A model generated the notes under the pieces. That model was given only the letters and a program-made list of their open reading frames with translations, made no database searches and was not told the origin of the DNA. A stretch of 63,912 nucleotides of DNA, filler included, from Folioceros fuciformis (Eukaryota), in NCBI GenBank assembly GCA_049999805.1. It is 13 parts of 13 records of this genome, joined end to end, with 100 filler letters (N's around TTAATTAATTAA, not from the genome) between each part and the next. Parts side by side here need not be neighbours in the genome. Positions count along the whole stretch, not along the records: positions 1 to 5,710 come from JBNGIO010001315.1; positions 5,811 to 13,610 come from JBNGIO010001317.1; 11 more parts are not named here. One strand, written 5' to 3'. Below are positions 1 through 12,300 of the stretch, one piece after another. Position 1 is the first letter of the stretch. Every line of letters starts with the position of its first letter. A program made the translations under genes and the position numbers.

Positions 1-307
1 GAGTAGGACTAGTCCTACGCTGGTGCACAGCGAGCACGCACAGTCGCCCGCCCGCACAGCGACAGTATTTGCTCGCTAGCTTGCTGCTTGCTTTCACACA
101 GTCAGGCAAAGGACAGGTCCGGGCTCTTCTTTCCTTTTCGTCCCCTCCCTTCCCTTTCCGTTCGCTTCCGTGACGTGGGCTGGATTGGTGTGGGGTCAAG
201 TCAGTCAAGTAAGCCGCGGGCTTGGCACAGCTAGCTCGGACCGAGGAAGAAACGCTGCAAGAAGCTGTGACGTTGTGGGCACAGCCTGGGCAGTACTGGC
301 TGGGAAA

Positions 308-415
308 GTCCGGCTGGGCTGGGCTGGGCTGGGCTGGGTTGGGCTGGGCTGGGTTGGGCTGGGCTGGGCTGGGCGGGGCGGGGCTGGGTTAGGCTGGGTT
401 GGGCTGGACTGGGCT
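308..415. repeat. (CTGGG)n/(TTGGG)n pentanucleotide microsatellite
   Basis: Tandem gggct/gggtt units read directly. Confidence 0.9.
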
Positions 416-1884
416 CACCATGATTTCGGCACCCATCACTCTCTCGCTCTTCTCTCTGCCGCTCTCAGATGGGGCGAATGGCATGCACAGGCGCAGCGCA
501 CTCATGAATGCCCTCCAGCGCACCGCACCACGCCGCAGTGCACCCATTCTGCGCAGCTTCCCCCGACTCATACTCAAGCTTAACGAAGCCACAGAAAATA
601 ATAAAAAAATTGAAATTGGTTACTTAACTTGAAGGAATAGGGAGCAGGGTGGCGGAAGGAAGGGGAAGGTGACGGCTGGGGCCGAGGGAGGGATTGGAAG
701 GGAAGGGAAGGGAAGAGAAGAACGATGATGATGCTACTCTCACACTCCCACTCACACGCGACCCAGTGGCGTGCCACTTCCGGGAATTCTACGAACCAAT
801 ATCCTCACCACCCACCCGACTGGTGAGCGAGTCCGAGTGGCCATTGCCAACTTCCTACTCCTTCCTTCCAGCTTCCTCCACTCTGAGCTGTGAGCTCTGG
901 GCTCTGAGCTGAGCTCTGGAGCTCTGCGCTCTGAACTCTGGTCTCGGCTCTCTGCACTCTGCACTCTGCACTAGCGACGACCGCAGTACAGTACATGGTC
1001 TGTGTGCCTGCGACAGAGGTGTGACTTGTCACCGGCTCTAAGGGACATGCAAATCTTGACTGTTTGTGTCAAGTTGGCACGCAACACAACACAACTTGGC
1101 CAACTGCCCAAGTCACCGAAACTCCTGCATCCCCATCCCATCCCAGCTCAGCCCAGCCCATTCCATCCATGGTCAGAATAGAATAAAATAGAATGTCTCA
1201 TTCTTTCTTCCCTCTTTCCCCCCTTCCTTCCCTACGGCTTCGTTTCTTCCTTACTTCCTCCCGTCCTTGCTTGATTGCTTGCTTGCTTCCTTGCCGTGTG
1301 TGTTTGGGGTTGAGCTGTGAAGCTGGGCGGCGTCTCGTCTAGTCTAGTGTCGTGTCGTGTCGTCTGGCCCCCCGGCCCCCACCTGCGTGTGTGGGGGCGT
1401 GTGTGGCATATTCCGGATGGAGTGCTCCTTATATGGATTGGATTGAATTACGACTCCACAGCGACAGGCAGGTGGGGTCAATGGATGTGGGCACGCCACT
1501 GCGGGTTGTTCACCCCCAAAAACAGCCACAGCCTGGCCGTGTTAGTGCTACGCTAGTGCTAGTTTAGGACACTATGTGTAGGCGAGTTTTTGGCGTGACA
1601 AACGTGCACTCACATTCTTCTATCCTCCTGTACCCGCCATCCGCCATCAGGCCGTCCGCTTAACCGCTAACCGCCACACTTCCTAACCCGGGGGAAGAGG
1701 AGAGGAGGGGAGAAAACAAGGATAACGATACGGACTGGGGCTGGGAGTCGGAGCGGAGCGGAGCGGAGCGGAACATGGAAAGGAAGCGAATGGAAGAAGG
1801 AGGATCTGACCCGCCACGCGTTTTCATGAGACTGTGGCCGGGTCCCGCTCAGCGTCTCAGACCCGGCCCCCGACCACCGGAACC

Positions 1885-1957
1885 GGACTCCGGCTCCGAC
1901 TCCGACTCCGACTCCGACTCCGGCTCGGACTGGGACTGTGACTCCGACTACGACTCC
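1885..1957. repeat. (GACTCC)n hexamer microsatellite
   Basis: Tandem gactcc units with variants. Confidence 0.85.
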
Positions 1958-3325
1958 ACAATGGTGGGTGGCATTAGGGCTCTACACTCCAAAGCCGAAT
2001 CTGACTCCAACTTCCAGTGTGGTGAAAACACGGACATGGGCGCGCTTCGACACACACCTGCCTGCAGCCTGCCACACCGCCACCGCCAACGGCACCGCCG
2101 ATGCCACAAATTCCTAAAAAAGATCCGTGCCGGTCTTTGCCTTTGCCTGGACCACCTCCACTCCACTCGCTGAACACACAAAGCGTATGTATCAAAGCGT
2201 CTGGGTGTATGGCTTGTAAGTGTGTATTGCACGGGGATACGTGGCCTGGCCGGACCTCGGTCGCTGCCGCCGGCTTTCCCGAGGTGTCAGCAGCGCGGAG
2301 GAAATGGGGGACGCGATTCCAATTTCCGACCATTTTGTATGCTCATCACGCCAGTCTCATGTGACCGCCGGAGACCCTCACATGCGGACTCTGTCAAGTC
2401 CCAGGCTCTCCGGACCGCCTCTGGGCTCTCCTTTTTTAAAACTCGCATCAAATTCGTCATACTTCCGCGGCCCGCCAATGGACTTGGGTCTCTTGCTCCC
2501 TCTGTGTCCAACAGTTGGCAACACCATCTGCTGCCACTTCCGCAAACGCCACACAACAATCTACAAACTCCTAACACTCCTTCCATCAAAATCCAAACGG
2601 AAAAAGGCAAAGGCGGAAGAGAGACTTCTCCAACGCAGCCGGGTTGTTCTGGGCTGGGCTGGCCTGGCCTGGCCCGCCCTGCCCCTTGCTCCCCGTTCGC
2701 ATGCAATCTAGGCAACCCATGTTGCAGTGCAGTGCTGTGCTGTGCAGTGCCGTGCCATTCCGCGTAGTGCCGTTCATTGTTAGCAACACACAAACTTCCC
2801 ATGCCCATCCCACCTTCTGTCACTGTGACTTGCCAGTGCGCGTGCTAATCTTACAAAACCAAAAATACAACATGCACTTGTCATCACTCTCACTCACTGA
2901 CACTTGGGAGCTCACCTCCACCTCTAATTACAAGACTGCAATCAATCATCATAACAATTGTTTTTTCTCTCAAACTTCCTGTCCTAGCCAGCTAAATGCA
3001 CTGGCTCTCTCGCTTACTTCCTTAATCCCTACTTCTACTTGTACTTCTCTTGCTATTCTCTCTCGTCTGTCAGCTGTTTGTCTGTCTGAAGATATCGTGT
3101 GTCATCCAAAATTTGGCTGTGGCGCCTACCCTAGCTCAGCTACATGGAAACATGCGTGCAACCTCTCCCGACGACCATAGCTCCAGCTGGGTGGCACTCT
3201 CGCTTTTCCTCCGCAGTCTTCACGTCCTTCCTTCTTTTACTCTTCTTCCCTCCGACTTTACAAAAGAACCCCCGACTACAACACCACGTCATGTGACCCA
3301 GACACCAACTACCTCGCTTCCGCCC

Positions 3326-4822
3326 CTACACCCTAACTCTGTAATCGGCTTCCTGGAGGTATGACATGCTGCTATGTTGCTGTTGTTGTTGTTGTTGCTG
3401 CTGCTGCTGCTGCTGCTGAGCCAGCTCCGACAGTTCCTTTTGCCTTCGCATTTCAAGAATCTTCTTGTGAGAATTGGAATGCTTCTCGTTCACATAGCCC
3501 GGACTCCCAGCAGGCCTGTACTCGGGCAGCAGCCTGCCAGACTTGTACCTCACTCCGCAGGCGTTGCACAATGTCTTGGGTCCCATGGGCCCTGTTCTCC
3601 ACTGCGGGGTGCGCTGTGTTTGACAATGCATGCACCTCCTGGGCTGCATCACATCCTGCCCCTTCTTGCCGCCCCCGCACTTCTTGTACGTCTGTGTCTG
3701 TTTCCGAACCGACAACGACTCCTCTCCGTCAACATCACCTTCATCCTCCTCCTCCTCCTCCTCCTCCTCTTCTTGATCAGACGAAAACCTGTCCGTATCA
3801 CCATACAATACAGGCGACAGAGCGCGGCCCGGGCTGCGGCTGCTGCCCTTGCCCACCAACTCGCACCTCTTAATGCTCTTGTTGTGGGAGTAGGACTCCA
3901 GCGTGTCCCCCGAGGAAGACGAAGACAGAATGGTCATTGACGTCCACGCCCGCTGACCTCCTCGAGACCTCTTGGTCCGGGGCCGTCCACGCACAGACAG
4001 CTCAGGGTACTCGCTCGTCGCCCTTCCCGAACTCGCGCTGCTCTCCAACACCGAATTCGGGCTCCCGCTTCGGAATTGCTCCTTGTTCGAGCTCGCCTCT
4101 ACTTGCTTCTCATGCTTGTTGTTGCTTTGGCTCTGACAGCCGAACGCGCTGCCGGTACCCACATTTCTGAGCGTCTCACAGCTGGCGGATAGGGGGCCAA
4201 ATGTTTCTTCGTGCATTAAGTTGGAGAGCCACTCCAACTCCTGTAGGTCATCACACTGCCAGACCACGCACCACCAACAACCACTCTAAGCAAACCAACT
4301 CCACCTCACCCTTCTCTTTCTCCCAAGCAATACCAACTTTCAAGCCCTTGTTTCCAGACTCAACACACAGCAAAACACTCAGGGAAGGAAGCAAGGAAAC
4401 AAGGATGAGCCATCAAGAAGGAATGGAATGACATACAATGGAATGACATATTCACAAGGAAAGTGGACGGGACGAGACGGGACGGTGCTTACAGGCACAC
4501 ACAAGTCGTCAGAGCCCTTGCGAGTGTCCTCGTCTAAAACATTGGAGTATCTGCATCTGTCACCGGTTCCGGCACCCGACGAGGTGCAACTCACTGTCTC
4601 AATAGTGGACAGGGAGGACTCACCGGTGTCGTCCGACAATTGCATCCCAATGGGACCGGCGATGTCCTCGTTGGAGAAATCCAGCAAGTCATCTACCTGA
4701 AACGACATTTCGGCAATGCTACTCCCCTCGAACTCTGCTGCTGCTGCTGCCTTGCTAACCTGCCTTTTCATTTCAGCAGCGTAGAGCGTGGTGGAGACAT
4801 CCGCGCCACCGCCAAGAGCCAT
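3326..4822 (-). CDS. GATA: Class A GATA zinc-finger transcription factor, about 419 aa; exons 4822-4493 and 4255-3326, intron 4492-4256
   Basis: C-x2-C-x18-C-x2-C finger [52 protein letters not shown]-terminal VDDLLDFS and [15 protein letters not shown] motifs joined in frame by a GTAAG...CAG phase-0 intron; poly-E and poly-Q tracts. Confidence 0.95.
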
Positions 4823-5710
4823 GAGCTGCAAGCTAGATAGCTAGAGCTATACCGGCCTCGCAGACGCTGCCCCCCCCCCTGCGTCACTCCCTTCGTCCTT
4901 CTTTTCTGCTTGATGCTGCAGCACGCCCGTGTTGTGGTGCTACACCCTAAGCCCTGCCAGGTTCCTTGCTCACCACCGCGCAGCAGCAGCTGCTACAACC
5001 TTGTGTGGAGAATTTTCCTGCACGGCACACAAATGGTCTCAGTACGCCGGCCTTTACAAAGAAGCAAGTCTGGCAGCTTCTTGCAGTTACATGCACGCCT
5101 CGTGGCTATCAATGTGGAGGTGGTTCATGTGCGCGATGAAAGCAAGTTTAAGAGGTGACGCGGGTGTCAACCTGCTGAGCAGGAGGCATGAAAACGCAGG
5201 CAGGCAGGCAGGCACTCGCAATTGGCCCCTCTCTCTCGCGCAGCAACCGTAGCGGCAGCAGCGTTGCACCAGCTCCAACTCCACTTCCAGCCTGAGCTGA
5301 CAGGGGAAATTGCGCGCCGAGAAAGGAAAACGCGGCGTTCGATAGCGAAATTCCACGGAAAATACGAGCGGAAAATTTCCTCCGCCTCGCAGCTGCCGCA
5401 ACAAGAGGCTGAAACGCAAGCAACAAGTCCAGGCAAGCCAGGGGGAAATTGGCAACACGGACAAGCTCAAGCTCGAGAAGCGTGACAAGGCAGGAATGCA
5501 CGAAGCCTCAATTCTTCCTTGCTTCTTCTCCCTTCACCTTGTTTCCTTCCTTGCTTCTTCTCCCTTCACCTTGTTTCCTTCCCTTCCTTCCTTCTTCCCT
5601 CTTCCTTCTTCCTTGACTTCCCTTGCCTTTCTTGCCAGCTTCCGGCTGAGGCCAGATTGGCTTGGAGTCAGTCACTCGCAGGCTCACTCAGGCAGAGCGC
5701 TGAGCTCGGC

Positions 5711-5810
5711 NNNNNNNNNNNNNNNNNNNNNNNNNNNNNNNNNNNNNNNNNNNNTTAATTAATTAANNNNNNNNNNNNNNNNNNNNNNNNNNNNNNNNNN
5801 NNNNNNNNNN
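5711..5810. other. Artificial contig linker N44-TTAATTAATTAA-N44; also at about 13611, 15796, 19964, 22789, 36984, 45642, 49536, 51378, 54088, 61203, 62778
   Basis: Identical 100-bp block with a six-frame stop cassette, 12 times. Confidence 0.97.
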
Positions 5811-5997
5811 CTTTCCCTTCCTTTCCCTTCCTTTCCCTTCCTTTCCCTTCCTTTCCCTTCCTTTCCCTTCCTTTCCCTTCCTTTCCCTTCCTTTCCCTTC
5901 CTTTCCCTTCCTTTCCCTTCCTTTCCCTTCCTTTCCCTTCCTTTCCCTTCCTTTCCCTTCCTTTCCCTTCCTTTCCCTTCCTTTCCCTTCCTTTCCC
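5811..5997. repeat. (CTTTCCCTTC)n decamer pyrimidine tract
   Basis: About 18 perfect units next to a gap, upstream of the GATA gene. Confidence 0.95.
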
Positions 5998-6229
5998 ATT
6001 TCCCCGTTTCCCCGTTTCCCTCCCCTCCTTTCCCTTCTGCGCTTTGATCTCAGGTGCTCAATGAGTGGACAATTCAGCAGATCCAAATCCAGGAGGTTTG
6101 GAGGTTACAACGACAGTCCGACTGTGCAGGGTGGAGCTTTTAAAAGCGAAGGAGTCATGGGAGTGAAGAGGTGGAATGCAATTGGGAGTGCTTCTTGCAT
6201 GGCAAGCACCTCGAGGGAGAGAAGGAGGA

Positions 6230-6468
6230 GATCAAGTGACTCTCCATTCAAGAGAGTCGGCCGGAAATCGACGTACGGGGAGGAAATCACAAGCTGGAGT
6301 GGGAACATGAGTAGTAGGAGCGGAAGGGCTGCTGCTGCCTCTGGAAGAGGAGGAGAAGGTCAAGTGACTCTCCATTGAGGAGAGTAGGTCGGAAATCAAC
6401 GTACGTGGAGGAAATCACAAGTTGGAGTGGGAATGTGACCAACAAGAGCGGGAGGGCTGTTGCTGCTG
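6230..6468. repeat. Diverged direct repeat, period about 129 bp, 2 copies
   Basis: tcaagtgactctccatt...ggaaatcacaag..ggagtgggaa recurs at about 6231 and 6360. Confidence 0.8.
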
Positions 6469-7943
6469 CTGTAGTTCGTGATTCTTGTTACACAAATCAA
6501 CAGTCTGTGGGGAACTCATCTTAGGTGTGGAGGTGGAAGCTGCGGAGGCCTACGGAAGCCCAATGTGTCAGCAAAAAGTTGACAATGTTCATATTTGCTC
6601 TATTGCACGCAGATGGCATCACGATGTAGCCAGGGAGGAGCATGGATGGTGGTCATTGGGTTCTTGGACATGCCTGAAGGGCTGCGGGGTTGTAGGGCTG
6701 CGGGGTTGAAGGGCTGTGTTGCTCCTACCGCAACCTCACCTTCTGCTCATGCTCTCAAGTCATGGAGGCTAATGCAATCGACTAGATTGCAACTTACCGT
6801 CAATTTTAAGCGTAATGGAGGAGGAGGGGGGCATCGCAAATCTTTAGAGGTGTTGGAGGTGAACCACGAAAGGCAAGGCAAGGCCAGGTACCAACCTGGT
6901 TGCGTGAGCATGCTTCCACCTGCAAGAGGCCTGCACTTCGATGGTGGGTGGTGTTGTTAACTCTTGCTGAGTGCTCAGCAGGATTTGCCTTGTCCTTCAT
7001 AGCCTTCGCTAAATGGTTGGAAGTGCAATCATCTTAGACATATCTCCCTCCCAGGAATATTTTACACGACTGCTTTATTACATGGGATCATAGCTTTGAT
7101 GTAGGTAGGAGAGATTCGTTCTTGTGTTGCCAACATGGGTGGTTCGATTGTTCACGCATGTGTGTGATTGTTTGCATGTCTACAAGACTGTGGAAGGGTG
7201 TACACCAGTGCATGTTAGTCTTAGCTGTTCAACAGTTTGCCAAGGGCATATTATATTAGCCATACTAAGGCCCAAAAATAGAAGGCAAAGCATGTCTCAA
7301 CGATAGTTCTGGTTAGAAACGGTGTACAAACAATGTCATCTCGAAAACGAAGGAACACAAGCAACCTGTAAAAAGGATCTTGGGCCCATTATGTCTCAGC
7401 TTCACGAGGGTCTCACGCACCTCACGTACGAAGCCGGTGTGTCCAGAAATGGCACAACAGCTGGCCGTAGGGCATTTCGACTCTTCAAATCTTTGCGATA
7501 AAAGTTGGCCGCACACTTAAGACTTTCTCCAGCCACGAGATCCCCCACACGATTGCATTGTATGTATGCAACTTGTAGTTGCTTCAGAATCTGCCAACCT
7601 AATGTGTTTGTATTGAAATGTCCAAGCCGTGGGATCTAGAGGTTGAGTGGGCACTCCATCAAAACACAAGCACGGTGCAAAGCGTGCTTGCCTTAGGGTT
7701 TAAGCAAAATGGTTGTTGAAGCTTAAACCTAGTTTCATGGGTTGAACATGGGTTCATGGCTTAGACTAGGAGGTGGCAAAAGTGGGCAATACGAGTACGG
7801 GCAATCGCGGTATGTGATTTCCTGTACAAAGAGATGGGTGAAGAAAGATGCATGGCGGAGGATGGCGATGCCATGCCACGGGGGATTACACACTGGAGAA
7901 GCATTTATTGGATCGGAGATTGAGACGCAGGCGAGATGGATTA

Positions 7944-8312
7944 TGTAAGAACCTACTCCAGTCAGGAATGTACTCCGCATATTCGACCAAAATGGGTAGA
8001 ACATTCGATCCGCCATGAGCACATGACCCAACATATGGCTTATTGAGCACCACAAACAACTTATGGCTTATTGAACACTGCTCCTAAAAACTGCAAGGAA
8101 CTTTCTTAAACCCTAGAACTTGGAGAGGAAGCATGCCCATGGAATTGCTACTAATTGCAGAATCGAGCTTTATAAAAGCATCAATTAATTAAATAAAAAG
8201 GAAAGTAAAGTATCCTTTAAATACAAAATTGTATAGTGACTTTTGGGTTAAGTATTTAACCTCTAATTTAGCAGCTAGGGTATAAACTATGTTAGGTTTC
8301 TTACTCCTAACA
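7944..8312 (-). mobile_element. Putative 3' LTR of copia element A (TGTTAG...CTTACA)
   Basis: Starts immediately after the purine tract AGTGGGAG (8320-8313, - strand); imperfect terminal inverted ends; distal boundary inferred. Confidence 0.65.
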
Positions 8313-8569
8313 CTCCCACTAAACCCACATGGTTTATACAGCTAGGTATTTGTACTTCCGGCCATCATGCACTGTTAAGCACCAACAACTCTTAGTAATC
8401 GTGGCGTCCTTCCAGCGTACAGAACATGTAGCTCCTGAACGTCTTTGCTTATATGCTGAGCTCCCTCCTTGTTCAGCAAGTCGATTGCGTGTGTAGGCTC
8501 AAAGATGAAGACAAGCTCTGGAGCATCTCTCAGCGCCAAGACCCTGTTCAAGATTAGCAGCACAGCGAC

Positions 8570-9304
8570 ATGAGGAGCCCATTCAGCACTGGAGGAAGTG
8601 AAGTACGCGATTGGTCATCTGTAAGCGGCTTTGCTCTGCGAGCAGTTGAGCCAATAACAGAAGTTCTGCCTCTTAATGAGCGTCCACCAGTGGGGGCTCC
8701 GCCAGCAGCTCCGGTCACTGTTGAGTTAGAGTCCTTCGAGTTTGAGCCAAACATGACAAACATCGACCCAGTCGCCAATACCACAGACGAAGTGACAGAT
8801 GCTGTGGAGAGCTCCCTCCATCATCAAGCTAAAGATGGAGAGCAAACTCCCACTATTTCTGTACTTGAGCAGCAGGTTGCTGGTGTTATGGCAACCTTGA
8901 CTGAGATGGAGGCCCTGCTAGATACAAGGAGAGCTGAAGTGACCAGACAGCAAGCAACCCTAGTCGAGGAAACCGTGAATAGAGCTGTAGCTACCGCCGA
9001 CAGAACCATTAGCGACATAGAAGCCAGCAGAGCTGGAACAAACTGTGACTGCAACGTATGTGCTCATAGGTGCCGTCTGTGCCCTCTGTGTGGGAAAAAG
9101 CTGTACCAGGTATGGTTTTTTTTTTTTTTTTTTCTTCTACCTAACCTTGTTCCATGCTATAGTGGTGACTAAATCCAAGCTTTATGCTTCATCCACCAGT
9201 TACACACGTACAGTGTTTTAATCTAAGACCTGACCTATCTTTTACAGGGTGGCTCAAAGAAGCACAAAGTTGCTTCTCGTCACAGCAGTGGCAAAGGCCA
9301 CTAG
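8570..9304 (+). CDS. Antisense accessory gene inside copia A 3' region; exons 8570-9109 and 9248-9304, about 198 aa; coiled coil, Cys cluster and basic tail
   Basis: 180 open codons, then CAG|GTATG, T-rich intron, CTGAC branch-like motif and TTTACAG|; exon 2 reads GGSKKHKVASRHSSGKGH*; motif CDCNVCAHRCRLCPLC. Confidence 0.6.
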
Positions 9305-9369
9305 GATAAAGAAACAATGTGTGGACAACATTGTGCTTCAACTTTAGCCACAACACCTGCCTAGGATAG

Positions 9370-12300
9370 TCAGTTTGTTTTTATAGGGTAGCTGAACTCT
9401 CTCAGTCCTAGGGCCACCATATGCTGGAAGTGTTTGGCCTTTGGGAGTCCTTTTGTGAGTATGTCTGTAGTATTAAGGTGAGTGCTGATGTACTGAACTT
9501 TAATAGCTCCTCGTTCTGCTACATCCCTAATATAATGGGGATAGAGCTCAATATGCTTTGTTCGAGCGTGAAAATGGGGATTAGATACGAGAGCTATAGC
9601 CCTCATATTGTCACAATGCAGCAAGGTTGGTCCTATCTGTGTTTGATTCACTGATTCCAAAAATTGCCTTTGCCATTCATCTTCCTTGCAAGCATCTGTA
9701 AGCGCCTGGTACTCAGCCTCAGTGGACGAAAGAGAGAGTGAAGTTTGCTTTTTGCAACTCCAACTGACAGTGCCGAAGGCCAACAAACAACAATACGCTG
9801 ACAGGCTCTTCCTAATATTAGCATCGAACGCCCAATCGGCATCAGTGAATGAGATAAGTTCAAGCCAACAAGTTGCTCCCACTGCTTGTATATTGTATCC
9901 CGTAAGACGTTGTACCCTTGAAATAGCGGTAGATCCTTTTAACAACTGCCCAGTGCTATCCGCCAAGTGACTTAAGAAATTGGGACACCATAGACACAGA
10001 GTAACTGATATCTGGTCTTGTCTAGTTTGCAAGATATATCAAACAGCTAACTGCCTTTGCATGCAGTACAGCCTGCATGTCCTCAACCTCTTGTGCACTC
10101 TGAGGAGACATGGCAGATGTTAACTTTTCCCCCGCTGCAGAGGGAGTTGACACAGACTTAGCCCCATCCAGATAAAAGCTCTTCAGTATCTCTTTTAAGT
10201 ATTTGGTTTGATGAAGGGTTATCTGACCATGCGATCTGTGTCGCAGAATTTGAATGCCAAGACAAACTGGAGATCTCCCTGATCCGTCATTTCGAACTCT
10301 TGGCGCAGCATAACTTTTACTTCTTCAAGCTGATCCTTATTGTTACTGAGAAGAACGCAGTCATCAACGTAGAGGGCCAGGATAAAAAACAAAGGACCAA
10401 GGGCAAGATAGAAACATTGGTATCAGCAGGAGACTGCTGAAAACCTACCTTCCGTAAGTACTTCATAATTCTTTTGTACCAAGCTCAAGAAGATTGTTTA
10501 AGACCATAAATGGTCTTCAGCAACTTGCAGACCTTGCTTGCTGTGTTGGGACTTATGAAACCTTGAGGCTGCTCCATATTCAGGGTTTCCTCTAATTCTC
10601 CATGCAGGAACGCAGTACAGACATCCATTTGCTGTACTTCAAGATCATATTCTGCTGCCATAGCCAACAGGATGCAAATGGAGGATGGTTTAACCATTGG
10701 TGAAAAAGTATCACCATAGTCTATACCAGGTATCTAACTGAAGCCCCTAGCAACTAACCTGGACTTATATCGAGAAATGGTCCCATCCGCCTTAAGTTTA
10801 GTTTTGAAGACCCACTTGCACCTAATGGGTTTTCTGCCTTCAGGTAAGTCCACGGGTTCCCAAGTATTATTTTTTATAAGGGATGCATACTCTTCATTGA
10901 TGGATGTTCTCCAATGAGAACCATCAGGACCGTTAATCGCTTCACTATATGTTTGTGGATCAGGGCGAACTTCAGACACATTAAAATCAAACACATGTGC
11001 TCCTTGCCTAAAGTCCAATGCTTGGTAAGGAGGTTCAATCCACTGCTCATGAGGTCGTCTGTCACGTGCAGGGTATCTTGATTCTACGGTGACCGGTTCA
11101 TGAACAGGTGCTCCCACTTCTTGGACAGCAGGAAGATCACCATCTGGAATCTCTGCAACTTCGTCAAGATCGGTCCGTGAGCCAGTAGCCTCCGACTGTC
11201 CATCATGATCATGAAGCAAACCCTGATTTGTAGGAGGATCTGATGCAATCTCGTCACCATCAAAAACGGCATCCTCAACAGGTAATGAGCAATCGTCATC
11301 AGAATCAGGGTAATTAACTGTTGGTGGTGTAATAACTAATGAGGGAGAAACTGCTGCACATTCAGCTGGAATAGATGCTTCAGTGAGCAGTTTAAACCCT
11401 GGATTGTCTTCATCATCAGCCAGGATAGGTAGGTTGGTACCATTAATTTTAGCTGTACTCTTACGAGGGGATGAAAGTTCATCAAAAGTTACACTTCGAG
11501 CTAGTAACACTCTTCTGGTTGAAGGCTCATATAGCTTATATGCTTTCGATACTTCAGAATAACCAAGAAACAGCAGGGGCCTAGCCCTGTTGTCTAACTT
11601 GCGTTGTTTCCGTTTAGGAACATAAGCATACGCTATGGAGCCAAACACTCGCATGTGCAGAAGGCTTGGTTTTTTCTTCCAGAAAACCTCGTCAGGAGTT
11701 TTACCAGGTACAGAAGTAGTCAAAATCCGATTAAGTATGTAGGCAGCTATTGTGAGGGCTTCAGCCCAATATTGTTTGGGCAATCCTACCCATCCAAGCA
11801 TACTCCTAGTCGTACCCATTAGAGTCTGATTCTTACATTCAGCCACTCCATTTTGTTGCTATGTGTAGGGGACTGAAAGCTGGCGTATTATTCTATGAGT
11901 CTCAAACAACTTGTTATACTAGTGACCCATGAACTCTCCGCCATTATCAGTACGAAAGCATTTCACCAAGTTGCTAGTCTGTCTTTGTACCTTAGACATC
12001 CAAGATTCAATATACCCGAAAGCGTCACTCTTCAGGCGAAGTGGGTACACCCATGTGTACCTTGAGTAGTCATCTGTTAAGGTGAGATAATACTCTGCCC
12101 CACCTAGTGACTTTATCTGCAGCTTACCTGCAATGTCCGCATGGACAAGTTCTAAAACTGCCTGAGCTCTTTGTGCCTGTTTATTCCTGAAGGGTAGCTC
12201 CTTCTGTTTAGACATAATACAAGACTGACAAATAGGAAGATGCTTGAACCATGAGGGCAATTTGTCCCTAAATCAGTCCAAAGAGGCCATAAGATTCAAA

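Noticed and set aside
170-3300. Many short ORFs downstream of GATA
   Set aside because: Products of microsatellites and GC-rich noncoding DNA; no domains
5755-5766. Recurrent TTAATTAATTAA motif inside N runs
   Set aside because: Artificial six-frame-stop linker between contigs; distances and order across it are unreliable
5763-6086. KGKEGKGRER repeat ORF
   Set aside because: Translation of the decamer microsatellite
6485-7940. Possible decayed TE coding remnant
   Set aside because: No diagnostic motif could be read with confidence
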